Shown: piece after piece, positions 57,330 to 64,000 of the stretch
Position numbering within the stretch: position 1 is the first letter of the stretch
Layout: every line of letters starts with the position of its first letter
Virus record (IMG/VR): IMGVR_UViG_3300017613_001373
Direction: 5' to 3' (one strand)
From: an uncultured virus (IMG/VR IMGVR_UViG_3300017613_001373)
Taxonomy: Duplodnaviria; Heunggongvirae; Uroviricota; Caudoviricetes
Length of the DNA stretch: 64,000 nucleotides
The notes under the pieces: generated by a model
The model's input: the letters and a program-made list of their open reading frames with translations, nothing else
Databases searched by the model: none
What the model was told of the DNA's origin: nothing
Program-made: the position numbers and the translations under genes

Positions 57330-60300
57330 TGTGACACCTCAATTGATCTAATGTTACCTAATATTGAATGATTAAATGTATAATTAGTATAGGTTGTAAG
57401 TGGATATATTGTTTTTGTAACCATATATGCTTGAGCAGTATCAGATGCTATATATGTACCTCTTGAATTTACACCCATTCCATGCGGATAGACAGTTTGA
57501 TTAATTGGTATAATTCCGCGATTATTAGCTACACCGTCATATAAGTACAAATCTGATAAACTGCTTGCCCTATTTTCAACAAACTGTAATGTCCCATCAC
57601 CGTATTCATATAATGATCCTGCCATGTTCCCGTTCAAATCAACCGTACTATCCAACCATGTTGTCCCACCATCAACGGTTGCCGTTACATAGTTTACGGC
57701 TGATGGATGTTCAAATTTACCAATCAAATATGCTGTAGAATCACCGTACCAGCTTGAAATAGGAAATGCCCACTCTGATCTGTTTACGACTCCGCTGGCA
57801 AGTGTTGTACTGCCTAATAAATCAAGGTTTGTATCGAATGTTAACACTATCAATAGTGAATTTGTAATACTGTAGAATGTGGCATATATGATCTGAGCAA
57901 ATGATCTACCTATATCAACACCTAATCCTTCGGCGTTGTAATCACTACCTCCTTGTTCACTAATTAAATTATTGATAAAACCATCGTTTATAACCAGATT
58001 GCCACCACTATAAATCAATAAATCGTCGTAAACAATACCGCCCATATTTATTATTTTTGAACCTGTATTGTATGATGTTCGATCTCCACCGAACGGTATT
58101 TCTAATCCGCTTAAAGGATTGCTATATTCATGAGACATTACACCGTATTCATCTATAAGAATATACATTAATCCGTTATACTCAATTATCACTTTCGGAA
58201 TACCAGAAGGAACAGTGCCAATTAAACTTGTTAATGCACCATCATAGCTAAAAATATCACCAGTGATACCATCAGCAAAATATAAATTTGATCCAACCTG
58301 TTTTAGCGCATGGATATTTGAAGCAGGAGCAATGTCTGTCCATGTTAAGCCATTAAATTCTCTCAATTGACCTTGTGTTCCTGCAAACAAAACATTATTG
58401 TAATCTGCCAGTTTGAAAATAGGAGGGGTTGATGATGTGGTTTCAGGTGTTATCAAAGATGCACCTGATAATTGAAACAAGTGTTTACTTAGTGTAGGTG
58501 TTATATTATCGCTTGTACCTACATAAACTTCCCCATCAACCTCTACAATTGTATTAGGGTTTAATGTACCAGTAAATGTGTGTATGCTATGATCAATAAT
58601 TCCAGTAAATCTAAGAAACACACCGGGGATATCCGCAACACGATATGCCACACTGAGATAAATATACCCACCAAAACTTATCATGTCTGTAATGTATGGA
58701 TCATTTGCGATATTAGGGATTGTCAATGTATAAAAGTGTACAAACTTATCCCCATCGAACACATAAATATCTGGTTGTGTATTGGTTGTATGTGACACAG
58801 CAATATATAAATCATCATTGTGTAAAATTGGAGAGTTTGCAATAAAAAATTCATCGCGTTGTTCAGAAATAAAACCGATGTTTTTTTGATAATACGTGAA
58901 CCAGCCCTCTATCTCTAAACAATCTACTCCAGTACCACCCTGATACATAACGCTTACAGGGTTAGTGTTTAAAATCTTTGTCTGGTTATGATCTACGGTA
59001 TTTGCTGTATAATAATTAGAATCAGATAATCCTGTGATGGTTAATCCACTTATTGTATATTCTAACGCTTCACCTGTGTTCAATGTGATTAAGAGTGTAT
59101 TGTTTCCAATATTTGCACCACCTGTTATTTGTGACCCCGGATAGTCTATATCAATATTATGAACATATTCTGTACTAATTCCTGTACTCATGTCCACACC
59201 GATAAAGGCCTCGTCTGTACATACCGCACCAACCAATGTTCGACCGATATAAAAGAACTGTGTACTGTTATATGGTATAAACGCGGCATGGATGTCGGGT
59301 GTTAATGTTGAATAGCACATTTCTAACAATATTGGAGTATCAACGGTGATGGTATTACTAGACGTATCAACATTTACCATATCAATACCACCAACATTGA
59401 AGGTTAATAACAAACCACTAGTGGGTGACATGTAATGATAATCGTCTGCGCTATAGTCAAAATCAACAATTACTGTGTCTACAGCGGCAATTGGATCACT
59501 TGTATATGCGATTAATTCCAAATGACTACTTCCATCATTGTAATTGCGTAATGAAATAAAATGACTATTGTTCATTTTATGAATTGAATATTCCTCATCC
59601 ACCATTACACCCGCACCCAACACCTCTAATCCACTTACTTCTATTATCGAACCACTGTTTTCCTCATATGATTTTAAAAAATATCTATCATACGAAAATT
59701 CACAATCACAATTAGAACAGGAACCCATATTACTGATAGCTATAGTGAATGTATCATTAGATACGCATGATCCAAACAATTGAATCCCATCAGCAGAATC
59801 GAGAATAGGGTCAGGTATAACATCTAATGTTATTGTACTCTTCACATACGGATTTTTTACAGGCGTTGTATAATTCACACTCGCACTTATTATATGTACA
59901 CTTAAATGACCACCTATCATAATAGGTTCTGCGCTAAATAAATTGTCTTCATCAGTAATAAATGTATGATATGGATCTCCTAATCGTCCTTCTGGATCAA
60001 CAATTGATTGACCTCCTGAAAAGGATATAGAACGCCAATCCCATGACACACCATTATCTATTGTTTTGACAATCCATACTCGTTTTTCACCATTGTCCCA
60101 ATTTGCTAAAAATGCAAATTCACCCTCATTTGGATAACTAACCCCAAGGTGTTCAAATATTACGTCATCACTTGTTGGAGCAGGATTGTCAGATGCATCA
60201 TTTGGGGGATTTGATGGTGTTACATCTATCCATGTATCCCCATGGTCTATTGAGCGTTTTACATAACCCAATCCACCACGCCATACTCTGCTCCAATAAT

Positions 60301-62383
60301 AAGGATCAACCTGCATATCGTAAGTATCTTCGGTAGTTGTTTGTAGCCATGATCCACATCCAAATCTATGAAAACCAGATGTACCAGCCGTATATATTGG
60401 TTCTGTACAACCTGCTGACTCATTTGGTGGTGGTGGTATAATTGGTGGTTCAAACTCTGTTGGTAAATCTGTTACACATTCTTCAAAAACACCCTGAAGT
60501 TCTTCAACTTCAACTTCTAGTACCACATTTGTTATAGCTGTTCCTGCATTGGGATTTAGTGTAGTTGTTACACTTCTTAGCCATGACTTTTTATCAGTGA
60601 TTGTGAAACCACGAATTGTATCAGCTTGTTGATATATTTTAGTGTAAAAATACGGGAATGCAGGATCAAAAACACCAAAATAGTTTCCATGTGTTTTGAT
60701 TCGTAATTCTGGATACAAGTTGTTTATTGCCCCAAACTTACGTCCCGCAATTTGATTTGTATGCGTTTGTGATCGTACTGTTTGTCTATCAAAATTAGTA
60801 ATAGACTTACCATCATCATCTGGAAATAAACCGCTAGTTGAACAATACGGTTGACTATCTGGACAGTTATTTGAACCCGCTGGACAACCGTTTGATTTAA
60901 AACTCCCATCCCATGAGAAACCAGAAGTTTTTACCATAGCGGTACGATTTGGTGGTTTTCTTATAATTGTTTCAACACTGCTAGAATCTGACATCTCCAA
61001 TTCAAAAACTTCTGTTAGAATAGCTCTTTCATCATTCGTCAAAAGCTGTAAATCAGGTGTCGTATGAATTGCACCCGAATGATCACATATAACCTTGTAT
61101 CGAATACCTGTGTTCTGCATTAACCCATTTGGAATACTGTATAGCGTCCCTGCCGCAAGATCGGTATATGGTCGCAATAGGTCACTATCGCTATTTAATC
61201 CAATCACATCGCTTATTTCTAAAACAGTACTTTGCCATTTCCAAAAACTGTGTACGCCTCTCAAAACTGTTAATAAGTTATGATATTCATACCATTGACT
61301 AGGTGTTCCTTGAACTGCCGCCAAACTCATCGAAAACATATAATGATTTGACATAACTTGTTGTAATGTATGCACCTCAAATGAAACTGAACCTGTTCCA
61401 TCTTCTAATCCCCGTTCAATTGATTCATTACGAAAATAGCCAGAAATCAATGTGTTTGAATTGTCAGGAATCAATGTGATAGAACCATCAACCCCTCCAT
61501 ATGTAGCGTCTTCCCATATTATCACAATTGTTTCATCATCTATATCGGATAATGTAGCATCGTCATATGGTTTGATTGAACAAGAATATCCACCCGCACT
61601 GAAACTTCCAGTAATTGTTGTAATACCAACATCCACAAGTGGCATATCAGATACATCATGAATTCTATAAAATCTGTATGATCTTTGAATTGTTCCATTC
61701 GAGTCAGTAACGCTAAATTCAATCCAGTATTGACCTGTTGAATTGAATTGAATTGTACCAATCCCTGTATTATTATCTAAAATTACCGTTGGGGCAGAAC
61801 CAGATGTATATAAGGGGATAGCATTGTAGAAGGTTAACGTTGCTCCTATTGCCATTGGATATGAATTTTCTAAGTGAGGATTGATTATAGCATCATCAAG
61901 CCACATAGCGCGATTTCCACCCGCTATAACTACAGGATGAACATTAACGTGCTGGTTCGTATATGGAATATCAAAATCCTTTCTGAAATCTGGATTTAAC
62001 GCTGTTCCCGCGATACGGGGAAATTTGGGTCGTAATCTAAATGATAATTTTATGGAAATAATATCGCCTGTTTCTATTTCATAATTATTGCTAGAAACCT
62101 TGATATTACCCGTTATCCCATCACCGCTATTAAATTCTCGTAATCGTAACGTACCTACATTTTTACTATTAACACCTTGTCCGATCCAAACTTCGCATCC
62201 TTCTCTGATCAAACTCACGTTGCCGACACCAGTATTGAAGTCGATAACATCTGAAAACCTATCGGGATTTATTCCAACGATTGCGCTCCAAATTGTTTCG
62301 GGTTGCTCCACTGAAATGTATGTTGACGAAGTGTGTAAATTCCCTCGTAATAGTTCTAATTCTCCGCTTGAAAGTATTGTCAT
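57326..62383 (-). CDS. large tail tip/host-specificity protein (Ig/PKD-like and beta-propeller regions)
   Basis: 1685 aa; G.Y...FSVTDSNG PKD-like segment; SIDHGDTW, TIDNGVSW, TVDGGTTW Asp-boxes. Confidence 0.75.
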   Translation of the reverse strand: MTILSSGELELLRGNLHTSSTYISVEQPETIWSAIVGINPDRFSDVIDFNTGVGNVSLIREGCEVWIGQGVNSKNVGTLRLREFNSGDGITGNIKVSSNNYEIETGDIISIKLSFRLRPKFPRIAGTALNPDFRKDFDIPYTNQHVNVHPVVIAGGNRAMWLDDAIINPHLENSYPMAIGATLTFYNAIPLYTSGSAPTVILDNNTGIGTIQFNSTGQYWIEFSVTDSNGTIQRSYRFYRIHDVSDMPLVDVGITTITGSFSAGGYSCSIKPYDDATLSDIDDETIVIIWEDATYGGVDGSITLIPDNSNTLISGYFRNESIERGLEDGTGSVSFEVHTLQQVMSNHYMFSMSLAAVQGTPSQWYEYHNLLTVLRGVHSFWKWQSTVLEISDVIGLNSDSDLLRPYTDLAAGTLYSIPNGLMQNTGIRYKVICDHSGAIHTTPDLQLLTNDERAILTEVFELEMSDSSSVETIIRKPPNRTAMVKTSGFSWDGSFKSNGCPAGSNNCPDSQPYCSTSGLFPDDDGKSITNFDRQTVRSQTHTNQIAGRKFGAINNLYPELRIKTHGNYFGVFDPAFPYFYTKIYQQADTIRGFTITDKKSWLRSVTTTLNPNAGTAITNVVLEVEVEELQGVFEECVTDLPTEFEPPIIPPPPNESAGCTEPIYTAGTSGFHRFGCGSWLQTTTEDTYDMQVDPYYWSRVWRGGLGYVKRSIDHGDTWIDVTPSNPPNDASDNPAPTSDDVIFEHLGVSYPNEGEFAFLANWDNGEKRVWIVKTIDNGVSWDWRSISFSGGQSIVDPEGRLGDPYHTFITDEDNLFSAEPIMIGGHLSVHIISASVNYTTPVKNPYVKSTITLDVIPDPILDSADGIQLFGSCVSNDTFTIAISNMGSCSNCDCEFSYDRYFLKSYEENSGSIIEVSGLEVLGAGVMVDEEYSIHKMNNSHFISLRNYNDGSSHLELIAYTSDPIAAVDTVIVDFDYSADDYHYMSPTSGLLLTFNVGGIDMVNVDTSSNTITVDTPILLEMCYSTLTPDIHAAFIPYNSTQFFYIGRTLVGAVCTDEAFIGVDMSTGISTEYVHNIDIDYPGSQITGGANIGNNTLLITLNTGEALEYTISGLTITGLSDSNYYTANTVDHNQTKILNTNPVSVMYQGGTGVDCLEIEGWFTYYQKNIGFISEQRDEFFIANSPILHNDDLYIAVSHTTNTQPDIYVFDGDKFVHFYTLTIPNIANDPYITDMISFGGYIYLSVAYRVADIPGVFLRFTGIIDHSIHTFTGTLNPNTIVEVDGEVYVGTSDNITPTLSKHLFQLSGASLITPETTSSTPPIFKLADYNNVLFAGTQGQLREFNGLTWTDIAPASNIHALKQVGSNLYFADGITGDIFSYDGALTSLIGTVPSGIPKVIIEYNGLMYILIDEYGVMSHEYSNPLSGLEIPFGGDRTSYNTGSKIINMGGIVYDDLLIYSGGNLVINDGFINNLISEQGGSDYNAEGLGVDIGRSFAQIIYATFYSITNSLLIVLTFDTNLDLLGSTTLASGVVNRSEWAFPISSWYGDSTAYLIGKFEHPSAVNYVTATVDGGTTWLDSTVDLNGNMAGSLYEYGDGTLQFVENRASSLSDLYLYDGVANNRGIIPINQTVYPHGMGVNSRGTYIASDTAQAYMVTKTIYPLTTYTNYTFNHSILGNIRSIEVSQ

Positions 62384-62453
62384 ATAGAGAATTATAACTT
62401 ATTGTTCAACTGTTATGTTTTAGGATTGGCGTGTTTGTCACATTAAATATTCA

Positions 62454-62873
62454 TTAAACAGGAATTAGATTATTGATCACGAGAGTGATACTAGAGTACA
62501 CCACACCCCTGCCGAACACTTGTTCCTGCTCTTGGGGGTTTATCGGTTGCACAATCCCAGAAAATTCACCAAATGTTCTTCCCACGAACTCTCCATTATT
62601 TATAGGAATAGTGATTAAGAATTCTCGATCATTGTTTATCGCGTTATCAACAAGTTTCTTCAAGTTATATATTGTTTTTGAACTCGGATTCACCCATGTA
62701 TATGTGCAACTCGAAAACCCGTGCCGAATCCCAAAGCCCTCCCCAACCTCAATAATATCGCTGAAACCTTGGTAATCGAAGGATTCTGGGGGCGAGATAT
62801 TTCTAACAAAGATCGGTGCTTTAGTTAGTAAGGTTGTTCCAATGGCAAATTCACAAACTTTAGAATCAATCAT
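62454..62873 (-). CDS. distal tail (Dit)-like protein, paralog 2
   Basis: aligns end to end with 62873..63313; upstream of the tail tip gene. Confidence 0.5.
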   Translation of the reverse strand: MIDSKVCEFAIGTTLLTKAPIFVRNISPPESFDYQGFSDIIEVGEGFGIRHGFSSCTYTWVNPSSKTIYNLKKLVDNAINNDREFLITIPINNGEFVGRTFGEFSGIVQPINPQEQEQVFGRGVVYSSITLVINNLIPV

Positions 62874-63313
62874 TATACGACTCCTAAAATAAGTACGTTA
62901 TTTAGTGTAAGTGTCAACGATTGGTACACGATTCCACGCCCTGTCATCTTAGCTTGCTCTCGGATAAGAAGCGGGTAGACATTACCTACAACATTATTAA
63001 ACTGTCGTGAGGCGATGGTTTGACCTGAGTTAAGTGGGATACTCATATAGAGTTGTTTAGATCCGCTTAGAGCGGATTCTACAAATTTCTTTATACGAAA
63101 CACGCTGATGGACGACGGATTTGCCCAAGTCATTTCTACTCGACGATACCCTTCTTGTATGATTCCACCATCTGATTGTGATTGGGTAGCACTAAAGGGT
63201 GTATATTGTGACGTATTTGGTGGAGCAATGTTGGCAACAAAGAAGTTTGTCAATTCTGCTTCCGAAATACCTATTCTGAAATTGCATAAATTACTCTTAA
63301 TTATGTCTGTCAT
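62873..63313 (-). CDS. distal tail (Dit)-like protein, paralog 1
   Basis: shared C.F.IG, PP...Y..FS, TW.NPSS, IP.N.G, GRG.VY.S.TL..NN. Confidence 0.5.
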   Translation of the reverse strand: MTDIIKSNLCNFRIGISEAELTNFFVANIAPPNTSQYTPFSATQSQSDGGIIQEGYRRVEMTWANPSSISVFRIKKFVESALSGSKQLYMSIPLNSGQTIASRQFNNVVGNVYPLLIREQAKMTGRGIVYQSLTLTLNNVLILGVV

Positions 63314-63334
63314 GTTTTCAATTATACACCAGCG

Positions 63335-63499
63335 TTATCCCCACAAGTAAAAAGCACAATTCAAAATTACAGCAATTGGTAGTGAATGATAAAACGGTAT
63401 TATCCCCATTATGTCCAATAACCCTATTGTTACACCGCTAAAAACTATTAGAAGCCCAATAGAATATCTTTTGATAATTTGTTCTTTCGTTCTAAACAT
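63335..63499 (-). CDS. 54-aa 2-TM membrane protein
   Basis: MFRTKEQIIKRYSIGLLIVFSG...; TAAGGTATACT 6 nt upstream. Confidence 0.5.
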   Translation of the reverse strand: MFRTKEQIIKRYSIGLLIVFSGVTIGLLDIMGIIPFYHSLPIAVILNCAFYLWG

Positions 63500-63580
63500 C
63501 GTCATAGTATACCTTAATGCAAAAATCCCATCATTTAGATGAGGTTTTTGTAATTTTTTACAATTTGATCATCTGCCATA

Positions 63581-63811
63581 TTAAATAACTCTCATCGTAT
63601 TAAAATCTATAACATCTTTTTTATATGCTTGAATCATTTTCTGAATATCTGTCCTCAACTCGTCCATATCTTCTCCGAATGGGGATTTTGGCATATCGCC
63701 GATGTTTATCACAAGACCGTTGATTAAGGATACCTCATATATGCCAAAATAATCGTTATGTTTAACTCGTTTTCTAACAATCCTATATTCCCAATAAATT
63801 TCTTTTTTCAT
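63581..63811 (-). CDS. conserved small phage protein
   Basis: WEYRIV...YFGIYEV...P..P.GE..DEL; AAGGAG SD. Confidence 0.65.
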   Translation of the reverse strand: MKKEIYWEYRIVRKRVKHNDYFGIYEVSLINGLVINIGDMPKSPFGEDMDELRTDIQKMIQAYKKDVIDFNTMRVI

Positions 63812-63812
63812 T

Positions 63813-64000
63813 TCACTCCTTTTCTTGTATACCCATTTTGGTCCTAATCTCAAATAATATCACATTGACCCATTCGGATGAGATTTTAAACCATTCACCT
63901 TTTAATTTCTGCTGTCGTCCTATTATATCAGGTCGTAACTTATCGTGAATTATCTTTTCCAAGTCTCTATCACCGTACCATTGTTTAATTAAAATCAATT
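63813..64000 (-). CDS. T5orf172/GIY-YIG-like protein, 5'-truncated
   Basis: LEK.IH..L.......GEWF. Confidence 0.6.
   Translation of the reverse strand, partial: LILIKQWYGDRDLEKIIHDKLRPDIIGRQQKLKGEWFKISSEWVNVILFEIRTKMGIQEKE

Noticed and set aside
1..64000. Genome-wide stop codon reassignment (TGA or TAG)
   Set aside because: Long genes are intact in the standard code, and many end in TGA with ATGA coupling or in TAG; only 37088-37090 looks recoded.
1..64000. Integrase, att site, terminase, portal, SbcC partner
   Set aside because: Not recognisable in this window; they may lie elsewhere, so lifestyle cannot be settled here.

Overview
This 64 kb window is part of a large, AT-rich, tailed dsDNA phage genome, probably siphovirus-like. 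The host is inferred to be Chloroflexota-like from a Flp-pilin N-terminus, a standalone EAD7-like domain and Chloroflexi-style 3D/M23 hydrolases. It contains a head module (protease-scaffold, major capsid) and a replication block (RuvC, DnaB, helicase loader, MazG, family-B polymerase, DnaD-like initiator, Dam). There are accessory early genes (RtcB, Mre11/SbcD, tRNA-Arg), a plasmid-like operon (RHH regulator, HNH, membrane proteins, FtsK-like ATPase, two M23 hydrolases) and two separated tail clusters. The strongest novel signal is a candidate phage selenoprotein: a strong SD and GTG start, an in-frame TGA at codon 4 and an fdhF-like SECIS hairpin, translationally coupled to a CxxC membrane protein inside the virion gene cluster. 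Other notable signals are host-mimic decoys (EAD7-only, HigA N-terminus only, Flp-pilin fusion), an antisense-RNA and leader-peptide arrangement on the initiator gene, a TraB/Spd-like transfer module, a palindromic operator repeated at about 13 promoters, and many apparently leaderless genes. All family calls are motif recognition by eye; no database searches were run.
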